DNA from: Fibrobacter succinogenes
Lineage (GTDB): Bacteria; Fibrobacterota; Fibrobacteria; Fibrobacterales; Fibrobacteraceae
Assembly (NCBI GenBank): GCA_902768325.1
Contig: CACXKY010000002.1
Coordinates: 1,087 to 65,086, forward strand
Reading direction: 5' to 3'
DNA: 64,000 nt
Under the pieces are notes generated by a model. That model saw nothing but the letters and a program-made list of their open reading frames with translations, ran no database searches and was not told where the DNA came from. Made by a program: the position numbers and the translations under genes. Shown in pieces: positions 38,457-47,568 of the stretch; within the stretch, counting starts at the first letter, position 1; every line of letters starts with the position of its first letter.

Positions 38457-38661
38457 CCGCTTCGCCTTCCAGGCTATCGAGCGCTTCCTGCACGTTTTTC
38501 TCTGTCGCGACCAGAATCTGTCTGCATTTTTTCAACAAACTTGTCGCTTCTTCTACCTGCCCGGCCAACTCGTCTATACCCATTTCGGAGTTGTCAATTC
38601 GCTCCAAAATGGCCTCCAGACGGTCCATTGCGTTTTTATATTCAAGATTTTCTGCACTCAT
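38449..38661 (-). CDS. xseB: Exodeoxyribonuclease VII small subunit
   Basis: 70 aa with the Y..AMDRLEAIL..I.....IDEL...V..A..L...C...L pattern. Confidence 0.88.
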   Translation of the reverse strand: MSAENLEYKNAMDRLEAILERIDNSEMGIDELAGQVEEATSLLKKCRQILVATEKNVQEALDSLEGEADA

Positions 38662-38690
38662 ACCAAAGAATATAGTTACATTTTACCTAT

Positions 38691-39404
38691 ATGGATTTGA
38701 TTCCGCAACATGGCAGAACCCGTTTTAGCAAGCTCAAGGCCGCCGTCTTGATCTTTGCCGCCCTATCTTTCTACGGGTGTCTCGAGCTTCCGGATGAACC
38801 GGGCGCCCCTCCCGAAATTGACAATATCAGCGTCTATGTAAAGCAGAAAGGGGTCAGCGATTCCTCCGTTTTGAAAATTTCGCCTATGGATTCCGCAACG
38901 CTGAAGGTAAGCGTTCACCCCAGGCAGTACCGCGATGAGCTTTCGTTTGAGTGGTACAACAATACCAAACTGCTCGGCAAGGGAAAATCCTACACCATCA
39001 AGGCGCTTTCATCAAAGGATAAAATCCCCACACAGCTGAAAATCTACGACCCGCTGGGCAGCGAAAGGTCCATCTCGTTCAAGATTATCTTGAATACGCC
39101 GCCACGCATGCTTTCCATAACCTCTCCCGCCGCCGGGGACACCCTCTACGGGCATTTCGAAACGGCTTTCCTGTTCAAGTGGAACGCCTACGACGACGAC
39201 ATTTCCTATGGAGACGAACTCCGCTATACGCTCGTCATCGACAAGAACCGCTTTGAACTCGGCCCCTTGACCGACATCCGGCAATCGGGACTTGAACCGG
39301 GAGAACATTCCACCTATGTGGTGGTTACGGATTCCTATGGCGACCGCGATTCCATCGCCCCGCAAAAATTCTTCATCATCGATACGCTAGGAAGTTTGCC
39401 ATGA
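38691..39404 (+). CDS. Lipoprotein with Ig/Fn3-like domains
   Basis: Lipobox FYGC; NTPP...FKWNAYDDD...LRYTL. Start uncertain. Confidence 0.75.
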   Translation: MDLIPQHGRTRFSKLKAAVLIFAALSFYGCLELPDEPGAPPEIDNISVYVKQKGVSDSSVLKISPMDSATLKVSVHPRQYRDELSFEWYNNTKLLGKGKSYTIKALSSKDKIPTQLKIYDPLGSERSISFKIILNTPPRMLSITSPAAGDTLYGHFETAFLFKWNAYDDDISYGDELRYTLVIDKNRFELGPLTDIRQSGLEPGEHSTYVVVTDSYGDRDSIAPQKFFIIDTLGSLP

Positions 39405-40975
39405 CCTTCAGGATAGCATTTTTCCCCGTATTGTTCGCCCTCTTGTTTATCGCCTGTACCAACAGCGACGACTTCCTCTATGACGAGTCGGATAGCACGC
39501 CCATTTCCATCGCGGCGAGCCTTTCCCTAGAACACGACACCACCACCAAACAGGGCAAAACGGCTTCCATCTATCCCTACGATACGGTAGCCTTCATGGC
39601 CGAAATCACGCCCTCCAGGTCCATCCGCATGCGGGAATCCTACTGGACGCTTGACGGAGAAACTTGGGCGTACGAATTCAGCTTCCGCAGTTGCATTCCC
39701 AAGCCCGGGCGCCACACCGTCGCCTTTATCCTTGTCGACAACTTCGGGGACACCCTCTCCGACACGCTGCAGCTGTGGGTGGGAAATCCGCCCGTCCTGG
39801 ATGAAAACCTGATTATTCCCCTTCCGAATACGCAAAGGATTCCTCCCGAAAAAGGCATCTCTTTCGCATGGAATGCCTACGATCCCGATTTCATCTATAA
39901 ACTGCATTACCATTTCACGCTTTTGGCTACCGACAAGGAAACGATCCTCGACACCATCCTGGATGACGCCCACCTGGTTTACCGTTTGCCGCTCAATCCG
40001 CTGGAAAGCTATTCCTGGCAGGTTACCGCCTATAACGAAATCGGCATGCAATCCGCAAAGACCATAAACGGTTCCTTCTATACAGAGGGCGTCGACAACG
40101 AAGCCGGCATTATCGGGTCCATCAAGACCTCGGGTTTTGGCAGCAAGAAAACTTCCAAAATGATGGACATTTCGGTAACCGTCATTGATTCGAACGGCGA
40201 GGCCATTGCGATCGACACCATCAGCGGTGCAAGCAACAGCATGATTTCTTTCCAGAAAAAGCCCTTGCCCCCCGGAGATTACCGCGTCGTAGCCAAAGCT
40301 CTTAATTTCAGCGATTTCCAACCCGATACCGCAGTCATCCAACTGCGCCCGGCAGAAGTCTACAACATCCCCACCCTATACCTGAATGACGTCTTCCCTC
40401 CAACGATTGTTTCCATTCCCGCCCAAGACACCTTGTCCCTTGCCGACACGCTATACTTCATCGTCAAGGACAATGGAGACAGCCTCGACCTCGACGATAT
40501 AAATATTTCCTTTGACGGCAAGGCGATTACCGATGGCGTCACCCTAAAGAACGACACCTTGGCCGTTCCCCTGGCGGACGCTTCGAAATCGACCATTTTC
40601 CGCATATTGACCATCACCGGCGTCGACCTGAGCAGCAACACGGGGAAAAAAGCCTTCTACATTACCCCCACCGAGGAATGGTTCGAATGCAACAGCGATA
40701 CGATGCTCTACAAGAACGAAATTCTCGAACTGTTCATCAAGGATACGAACCCCTACGGCTTTGAACCGGACTCGTTCTTTTACGACATTTATACCAATGA
40801 CCAGCCATCGGCCTTCCACGCCGACAGCAGCTATCATTCCTTTAAAGTAACCTTCAGTGCTTTCCCCCTGTCTTCCAACATCGTCCGTAGCGGCATCCGC
40901 TATAAAAACGGGATTACCAAATGGAAGCAGTGGACTGTCCTCCGAATATTTGTAGAAAGGCGCGCAAATGAATAA
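39401..40975 (+). CDS. Multidomain lipoprotein (PKD/Fn3/Ig-like)
   Basis: Lipobox FIAC; YWTLDG..KPGRHTV; FAWNAYDPD; LESYSWQVTA; PPGDYRV. Confidence 0.8.
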   Translation: MTFRIAFFPVLFALLFIACTNSDDFLYDESDSTPISIAASLSLEHDTTTKQGKTASIYPYDTVAFMAEITPSRSIRMRESYWTLDGETWAYEFSFRSCIPKPGRHTVAFILVDNFGDTLSDTLQLWVGNPPVLDENLIIPLPNTQRIPPEKGISFAWNAYDPDFIYKLHYHFTLLATDKETILDTILDDAHLVYRLPLNPLESYSWQVTAYNEIGMQSAKTINGSFYTEGVDNEAGIIGSIKTSGFGSKKTSKMMDISVTVIDSNGEAIAIDTISGASNSMISFQKKPLPPGDYRVVAKALNFSDFQPDTAVIQLRPAEVYNIPTLYLNDVFPPTIVSIPAQDTLSLADTLYFIVKDNGDSLDLDDINISFDGKAITDGVTLKNDTLAVPLADASKSTIFRILTITGVDLSSNTGKKAFYITPTEEWFECNSDTMLYKNEILELFIKDTNPYGFEPDSFFYDIYTNDQPSAFHADSSYHSFKVTFSAFPLSSNIVRSGIRYKNGITKWKQWTVLRIFVERRANE

Positions 40976-42323
40976 GATTATCCGACATTTCGCACCCGTT
41001 CTCTTCCTTTCTGCAATCCTCGGCGGTTGCGGAGACGATGCGCTTTTCAACAAAGATGAAGTCGGCTCCATCAGGCAAGAGATTTTTATCGTCCCGGAAC
41101 GTTTCGTCGGGGACCCGTACACCATTGGCTACCAGCCACACCCCATCTACCTTGAAACCGACCAGGTCGTCAAATTCTGGGCCTCCTATATCGTCAATGA
41201 CCGCTACATAAGCCCGGACATCTACGACGATTACATCACCCAAAAGATATGGGATGTCAACGGGGAATACTTCAACCTCAATTCCTTCCGTTATTCCTTC
41301 TCGGAACCGGGGCTCAAGAAGGTCACCCTGAAATCCATCGACAAGCTGAACGACACCATCACGGAAAACCTGGATGTCTACGTCAACACCCCGATTGCGG
41401 CAAACCTCGTGTTCCCTCCGGACGGCTACAACCTCGTCGACCCCATTTCCGAAGACGGAGTCGACCTCCTCTGGGATGTTTCCGGTGTAGACGAATGGGA
41501 ATCTTCCACTTGCATCATCTACATGTCGTACCGCGAGGAAGATGTCTGGAAGCACCCGCAAACGCGGGGTTGGTGTGACGAACCGGCCCACGTCCTGGGC
41601 CCCATTGCAGATGACCTCCCCGACGATTCCGCGGCGACGATCTACTGGGGTGTTGTCGCGACGAACTACAGCGGCACCTATTTTTCCGAAGTTGATTCGA
41701 CCCCCATTTACAAATTCACGACCAAGTTCTCCAAAAGCGATTCTGCCAAGATTATCCTTCCCGTTTCGTATCAAGGACTCTGGGATTTTGAATCCGTTGA
41801 AGCGACAATCACGCTGGTCAATGCCGCCGGAGAAACCATCGGTACCTACACGAATTCCCAAAACGAATCGAGCATTGTCATGAAGGTCCTCCCGCAGACT
41901 GGCCTCCGCATTTTCGCCACCGAAAATAATCAACATGAGTACAAGGCCGATTCCATCGTCATCGACATTACCACTGCCGCGCAGTACTCCTTGGACACGC
42001 TGTTCTTTACCGATGACACGCCGCCGCGCGTAGAACCGACGGAAACCATGTTCGATAAAAACATTTCGTTCTTTGCCATCGATAGGGGATCGGGCATCAA
42101 TATCAACCACATTGTCGTGACTAGCGGCTCGGACACCCTCGAAACAAGCATCAACAATTCCATCATCAGTTTCAAGCGGCCCAACATTTTCAACTACAGC
42201 TATGTCAAGGTTTCTGTCCAGGACAACGCCAAGAATTCCTCGGCCAACGTTTATTGGAAACTGACCAGTTACGGTGACAGCACCCTAGTTTCTGGCCCCT
42301 ATGCCAACGAAGGAGGTGACTGA
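40968..42323 (+). CDS. Multidomain lipoprotein, paralog of the preceding gene
   Basis: Lipobox LGGC; WDVNG..SFSEPGLKKV; IYWGVVA; DDTPP..D.GSGI. Confidence 0.8.
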   Translation: MNKIIRHFAPVLFLSAILGGCGDDALFNKDEVGSIRQEIFIVPERFVGDPYTIGYQPHPIYLETDQVVKFWASYIVNDRYISPDIYDDYITQKIWDVNGEYFNLNSFRYSFSEPGLKKVTLKSIDKLNDTITENLDVYVNTPIAANLVFPPDGYNLVDPISEDGVDLLWDVSGVDEWESSTCIIYMSYREEDVWKHPQTRGWCDEPAHVLGPIADDLPDDSAATIYWGVVATNYSGTYFSEVDSTPIYKFTTKFSKSDSAKIILPVSYQGLWDFESVEATITLVNAAGETIGTYTNSQNESSIVMKVLPQTGLRIFATENNQHEYKADSIVIDITTAAQYSLDTLFFTDDTPPRVEPTETMFDKNISFFAIDRGSGININHIVVTSGSDTLETSINNSIISFKRPNIFNYSYVKVSVQDNAKNSSANVYWKLTSYGDSTLVSGPYANEGGD

Positions 42324-42991
42324 TGCGTCGCCTTATCCAAGCGTTTTGTTTAGTGTTCTTGTTCTACGGTTTCACCTTGGCTGGAACCGATTCCACCGTC
42401 AGTGCCGTTGCCGATTCCGCCGTGGCGTCCACGAAATACCTGCATATTTCGACGAACCCATCGCACGTGGACGTCTACGTCAACAACATCAAGCCCAAGC
42501 ATTACAAGGAACCAGATTACAAGATGCCGGGATTCATCCCGGTCCCTGCAGGGGAATCCAGCATCATGGTTTCCATCTTCCGCCCCGAATATGCGGACAC
42601 GACCATCAACGTAACGCTTTCGCAAAAAGACACCTCATTCCTGATTGTCGCCCTCCGCCCCAATTACGACGACAAGAAAACCGACGAACAGTATAGCGAT
42701 ATCGCACGGCGCGGCCGCCGTAAAATCGGCCACCGCCTTTTGATTGCCTCCATCGTTCCCTTTACCGTGAGTGGCATTGCCGCCGCCATCGCCCACTACA
42801 ACATCGAGCAAGCCGACAAGAAAAAGGACAAGCTCAAAAAGGCGCTTTTCCAGGAAGGCGCAGAATACCAAAAAGCCTACGACAAGTTCAAGGATTACCG
42901 AGACAACGCCGACAAAGCCAAGAACATCACCAAAATGGGACTCATCCTTGGCGGAATCGTACTGACAACAGGAATTATTTTCTCATTCTAG
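42323..42991 (+). CDS. PEGA-domain protein with C-terminal membrane module
   Basis: Signal peptide; LHISTNPSHVDVYVN (PEGA-like); two hydrophobic segments; ends IFSF. Confidence 0.75.
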   Translation: MRRLIQAFCLVFLFYGFTLAGTDSTVSAVADSAVASTKYLHISTNPSHVDVYVNNIKPKHYKEPDYKMPGFIPVPAGESSIMVSIFRPEYADTTINVTLSQKDTSFLIVALRPNYDDKKTDEQYSDIARRGRRKIGHRLLIASIVPFTVSGIAAAIAHYNIEQADKKKDKLKKALFQEGAEYQKAYDKFKDYRDNADKAKNITKMGLILGGIVLTTGIIFSF

Positions 42992-42998
42992 GTCGCTT

Positions 42999-44540
42999 AT
43001 GAAAAAGGTCATCGCAGCACTTGCAATTTTTCTTGCAGCCTTCGCCTACTCCGAGGAGCAGGGCGTCACCGTCAATGTCGAGCTCGTTTCGGGAACAAAG
43101 CAACGCGCCCAGTTCCTCGGCATCGAAAACGACACCGTACAGCTGGGCGGTTACATCCAGAACCAGTTTACGGTCATCCGCATTCACAAGGATAAGTTCA
43201 AGAGTATCAAGGACGAATCCGGAAAAGATTTGATTCTCGACACCCTTGCGACCAACAACACCGTCGCTGCAACCGATTCCGCAAACGCGGTTCCTGATTC
43301 GACTACGGCAGACAGCGCCGCCGCAGAACCGGTACTACAGACCATCCCGCTTTCTTCCCCGGTAGTCCTCGTTTCGTACGAAATGAATTCCAACGACAGC
43401 ATTTACCAGATTCCGCTGACAGGCCTCACGACCAGGCTGTTGACCGAAGAAGGGGAAACGCTGGAAGTGGTGAAGCGTTCGACCTTTACCGAATGCCACG
43501 ACGATATCTGCGTCAGGAACTCCTTGTCGGCATCGGGGGCGAGCACCATCTACCTTTGCAAGTTGATGAGCGGCCCCAAGGCCGACAGCGTGACGCTTGA
43601 ACTCACGCGCGCCATTTTCAAGGACAGCCTCCCTGAAATGCACAAGGCGCAGTTGACGCTGTCCAGGGCATCCGCATTGAGCGAAGCCATCAAGGACAAC
43701 CGTCTGCACAAACTGATTCAGAAAGCGAAGAACATCCCCGTTCCAGAAAAAAAGTCTTCGACTAGCTATATCTTCATCGACTCCGACCCCGACGGCGCCA
43801 TGGTTTCGCGTCCCGAAAAGGCGGCCATCTGCAGAACGCCCTGCACCTTCGCCGTAACCGATACCGGGAAAATCGAGCTCAACGCCTACTGGAACGTCGA
43901 ATCGCAGCTGTGGGGCGCCCAGAGCATCGTCCGCCCGATTCCGGGAGACACGGCCAAAATCGCGCTTAAGCTCAAGCCGATTTCTCCCGAAGTCCACGTC
44001 ATCACGACTCCGTCCGACGCCGAAATCTTCCCCGGGAAAGAAACCATCACCAAGAAGAGCGAATCCATCGGCACGACTCCGACCAAGTTCCTCTTGACAG
44101 AACCCGGCATGGCAAGCATCACGCTGCGCCGCATCGGCTACAAGGATACCGTCGTTTCTTTCTACGCAGCGCCGGTAAACGAGATCCTTCTCAACGTCGA
44201 CATGGAACGCCTCGACAACTACGATGAAATCGCCAAGCAGGAACAATGGCTGCATGACAGGAAGATGACCAAGGTTGGCCACGCCATTATGGCGAGCGCC
44301 ATCGCCCCCGTTATCGCAAGCGTGCTCTTCTTCTACCTGGCCAACAAGGATTATGACGAGGCCAAGGACATCAAGGACGAGCTCAATATGCCCGCCTCCG
44401 TCAACGGAGCGAATTACCAGAAGAAAATCGACAAGAACAAGGACCTGGTCGATTCCGGCGACCGAAAAATGGTCATCGGCGCCTCCTTGGCCGGAGCCGG
44501 CGTCCTGATGTTCGGTTTTGGCCTGTTTTTAAGCTTCTAA
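42999..44540 (+). CDS. Double PEGA-domain protein with C-terminal membrane module
   Basis: Signal peptide; IDSDPDGA..CRTP and ITTPSDAEI..GTTP..GYKD; ends FLSF. Confidence 0.78.
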   Translation: MKKVIAALAIFLAAFAYSEEQGVTVNVELVSGTKQRAQFLGIENDTVQLGGYIQNQFTVIRIHKDKFKSIKDESGKDLILDTLATNNTVAATDSANAVPDSTTADSAAAEPVLQTIPLSSPVVLVSYEMNSNDSIYQIPLTGLTTRLLTEEGETLEVVKRSTFTECHDDICVRNSLSASGASTIYLCKLMSGPKADSVTLELTRAIFKDSLPEMHKAQLTLSRASALSEAIKDNRLHKLIQKAKNIPVPEKKSSTSYIFIDSDPDGAMVSRPEKAAICRTPCTFAVTDTGKIELNAYWNVESQLWGAQSIVRPIPGDTAKIALKLKPISPEVHVITTPSDAEIFPGKETITKKSESIGTTPTKFLLTEPGMASITLRRIGYKDTVVSFYAAPVNEILLNVDMERLDNYDEIAKQEQWLHDRKMTKVGHAIMASAIAPVIASVLFFYLANKDYDEAKDIKDELNMPASVNGANYQKKIDKNKDLVDSGDRKMVIGASLAGAGVLMFGFGLFLSF

Positions 44541-44584
44541 AGCCCGCCTTTTTAGGGAAATCCCCCTAAAAAAGGCTTTTTTTT
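44539..44584 (+). terminator. Putative intrinsic terminator
   Basis: GCCTTTTTAGGG...CCCTAAAAAAGGC stem followed by a T8 run. Confidence 0.6.
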
Positions 44585-44630
44585 GCCTATCCCCCACCTA
44601 GTTTTGTAAAGAAAAGCTAAATTTTGAACG

Positions 44631-46226
44631 ATGCGTAGACTTATAATATCTCTCTTGCTTTTTTCCGTTGTAGCCATGGCCGCCGACTTCGAGCGTTCCA
44701 ACTGGCGAATGCAATTGTATTTGCAGGCCGAACCTACAATCCTAGTTTTTGAAGATTCAGACCCCCAGTTCCTTGTAAAGAAGGACATCGAGAAGGAACT
44801 GTTCAGCGTCCCTCTCTCTTTCGGCTTCCTCTGGAGCCCGCTCATCACGCCTGCCTGGAAGGCAGACATCCCGCTGACCTTCTGGCTGGGTGTCGAAGTC
44901 AACACCTTTATCCTCAACTTTAACGCCGAAGGCTTCGGCGAAATCCTCGCCGACGACTACTACAAGTTCGAAGGCATGAACGGCGACAAGCAAGAAGCCA
45001 GCGGCCAGAGCCTGAGCTACCGTTCCTACGCTCCGTCCGTGCTCGGCGGTCTTACCTTTAACATTGGCGGGGACTTCGACCTCCGCGTCCTCGGTGGCTA
45101 CGGCTTCCAGTTCTTCACCTTTACGAACGACAACAACGGTTCCCAGCGCGACGTCACGACGTCTAGCCCCACGGCATTCGTCTCGGGCGCCCTGGAATAC
45201 CGCATTACCGAAGTCTTCCAGGATGTGGACCTCAAGGTCGGCATCAACGTCCGCAGGGACTTCCTCCCCTACGAAGACATCAAGGCTTCCAACAAGTCCA
45301 AGGTTGCCAACGACGAATTCCCGCCGGCATACTCCGGAATCGAATTCGACAAGATCCATTACAAGTACCCGGTCCGCGTCGGTCTTGAATTCAGCCTGGA
45401 CTTCGGCCGCGAAAGCCGCCGTGACCGCCGTATGCGCTACAAGCTCCACGACCGCGACGATGTCCTCCGCAAGAACAGCGAAGTCAAGGACACGCTCAGC
45501 GATTGGGACTGCATGGCCATCGAACGTGACTACCGCTTCTTCCTCGACGACGACGGCAACCTGCCCGACATGACGGGCGCCTACACGAGGTCGCAGTTCA
45601 ACGACGTGCTTGAAAGCTTCCTCGCCTTCTGCCACCCGGCAGACCTCGCTACGAAGGAACAGCTCTACTCCACCCTCGACAGCGGCAAGGTCCAGTTGAA
45701 GGAATACCAGGTTCGCCAGGAAGATTCCCGCTTCGACCAGGTCATGGCGAGCAACGATCCGGAAATGCTGGAGATGTACCTCGAGTACTATCCTGACTCT
45801 CCGCGCCGCGGCGAAGTCGAAGCCAAGCTCAAGAACCTGAGCGAATACCACAAGTTCCGTGAAATTCAGGCCCAGAACACCTTCAAGGCTTACCTGACCT
45901 ACTTGAACGACAATCCGGACGGTGCGTTCCGCGACGAAGCGGAAGCCGGCATCTTCGAATTGGTCAAGAGCGGCAACCGCATGAAGGACTACGAGATTTA
46001 CCTGAAGCGCTTCCCCAACGGCAAGTACGTCGAAGAAGCCAAGAGGGCTCTCAAGGGCGCCAGCAATGAAGAACCTTCTGCCATGGAATACCAGGCTCCG
46101 GAATACGTTGAACCGGAACCGGAGGTAGAACCTGAAGAAGAGGCTCCGGCCAAGAAGAAGGGCAAGGCGTCCAAGAAGGCCAAGAAGGCCCCGGCCAAGA
46201 AAAAGGCCAAGGGTAAAAAGAGATAA
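44631..46226 (+). CDS. Exported protein with beta-rich N-domain, helical YL..[YF]P.G repeats and Lys-rich tail
   Basis: Signal peptide AMA-A; three repeats YLEYYPDS, YLNDNPDG and YLKRFPNG; EPE-rich linker then KKKGKASKKAKK tail. Confidence 0.75.
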   Translation: MRRLIISLLLFSVVAMAADFERSNWRMQLYLQAEPTILVFEDSDPQFLVKKDIEKELFSVPLSFGFLWSPLITPAWKADIPLTFWLGVEVNTFILNFNAEGFGEILADDYYKFEGMNGDKQEASGQSLSYRSYAPSVLGGLTFNIGGDFDLRVLGGYGFQFFTFTNDNNGSQRDVTTSSPTAFVSGALEYRITEVFQDVDLKVGINVRRDFLPYEDIKASNKSKVANDEFPPAYSGIEFDKIHYKYPVRVGLEFSLDFGRESRRDRRMRYKLHDRDDVLRKNSEVKDTLSDWDCMAIERDYRFFLDDDGNLPDMTGAYTRSQFNDVLESFLAFCHPADLATKEQLYSTLDSGKVQLKEYQVRQEDSRFDQVMASNDPEMLEMYLEYYPDSPRRGEVEAKLKNLSEYHKFREIQAQNTFKAYLTYLNDNPDGAFRDEAEAGIFELVKSGNRMKDYEIYLKRFPNGKYVEEAKRALKGASNEEPSAMEYQAPEYVEPEPEVEPEEEAPAKKKGKASKKAKKAPAKKKAKGKKR

Positions 46227-46915
46227 TGAAATTCCTTATCCCCGTACTCCTCTTCGCTAGCGTAGCGTTCGCTGGCGATGCGGATAGTCCGTCTATCTAC
46301 ACCCAGATTATCGACTGGTACAACAGCAACCTCAACTACTGGACCATCGCACTGCTGATGGCGGTCGAGAGTTCGTTCATTCCCTTCCCGTCCGAGCTCG
46401 TCATTCCTCCGGCGGCGTACCAGGCCATGCAGCCCGGTTCGGACTTGAACATCGTCCTGATTGTCTGTGCGGGCAGTGCAGGCGCGCTCATCGGGGCTTT
46501 TATCAACTACTACCTCGCCCGCTTTCTCGGCAGGCCGATCATCTACAAGTTTGCAGACAGCCGCCTCGGCCACTTCTTGCTGCTCGACATTTCGAAGGTC
46601 CAGAAAGCCGAAGACTACTTCCGTGAACACGGTTCTGTATCGACCTTCGTAGGTAGGCTCATCACGGTCATCCGCCAGCTGATTTCCATTCCGGCGGGAC
46701 TTTCCAAGATGAAGATCTTTCCGTTTACTTTGTACACATTCCTCGGTGCCACGATCTGGAACTGCGTCCTCGCCTTCTTGGGCTACCTCGCCCACGGGCA
46801 GAAGGACCTTATCGAGAAGTACAATTCCGAACTCGCCATCGCGCTACTCGCGGCGGGCGTACTCTTTATCGCCTACATGGTGTGGAACGCGGTAAAGCCC
46901 CGCAAGAAAAACTAG
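46226..46915 (+). CDS. DedA family membrane protein
   Basis: LMAVESSFIPFPSE, GRLITVIRQLISIPAG and GATIW motifs. Confidence 0.92.
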   Translation: MKFLIPVLLFASVAFAGDADSPSIYTQIIDWYNSNLNYWTIALLMAVESSFIPFPSELVIPPAAYQAMQPGSDLNIVLIVCAGSAGALIGAFINYYLARFLGRPIIYKFADSRLGHFLLLDISKVQKAEDYFREHGSVSTFVGRLITVIRQLISIPAGLSKMKIFPFTLYTFLGATIWNCVLAFLGYLAHGQKDLIEKYNSELAIALLAAGVLFIAYMVWNAVKPRKKN

Positions 46916-47517
46916 AAGTCGCAGTTCTTGATACAGCGATTGGCTTCGAACGTCGCTTCCAGGACCTTCACGCCCCTGTTGTAGCGGCGGTACACTCCGT
47001 GGCGTAGCCCGCGCACGAACGTCATCTCTTCTTTCAAGGCACCCAGGTCATCGTATACCTGCGCCTTGCCGTGGATCTGTCCGTTCTCGTAAGGGAGCTT
47101 GCGGCGAATCAGGCCGCGTTCGTCCCATTCTTCGTTCATGCCGTCGAGGATGCCGTTCTTGTAGACTTCCTGCGACTGCTTTTTGCCGTTCTCGAAAAAC
47201 GTAGTGCTGATGCCGTTCTCAACCCCGTCCTTGTAACCGACGGTCTGCCAGAGATTGCCGTTTTCGTAATAGCTCTTGAACACGCCATCGAGCTTGCCGG
47301 CCTTGTACGGAGCCTCGATAGCGACCTTCCCGTTCGGGTGGTACGTCACCGACATTCCTTCACGGATATCCGTGCCTTTTTGGACCGTATAGAGGCGAGA
47401 AAGCGTTCCATCATCGAATTCGGTACGGATTGTATCTAGCGAAGACGCTTGCGGGGCCGCGGTTGCGACCGTTACAACAGAACAAAGCCCAAATAGCACA
47501 GAAAAAAACTTTTTCAT
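46912..47517 (-). CDS. Exported MORN-variant repeat (YwqK-like) protein
   Basis: Signal peptide; ~24-aa repeats Y(H/Y)(P/E)NG...YK.G..(D/N)G. Confidence 0.85.
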   Translation of the reverse strand: MKKFFSVLFGLCSVVTVATAAPQASSLDTIRTEFDDGTLSRLYTVQKGTDIREGMSVTYHPNGKVAIEAPYKAGKLDGVFKSYYENGNLWQTVGYKDGVENGISTTFFENGKKQSQEVYKNGILDGMNEEWDERGLIRRKLPYENGQIHGKAQVYDDLGALKEEMTFVRGLRHGVYRRYNRGVKVLEATFEANRCIKNCDF

Positions 47518-47568
47518 CGCTTACAAATGTAGCTTTATCGTTGTAGAATATGTATTTTGTGGTGCGTC

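Noticed and set aside
46912-47517. YwqK-type antitoxin of a toxin-antitoxin pair
   Set aside because: An exported MORN-repeat protein with no adjacent toxin gene; the family label alone is not evidence.
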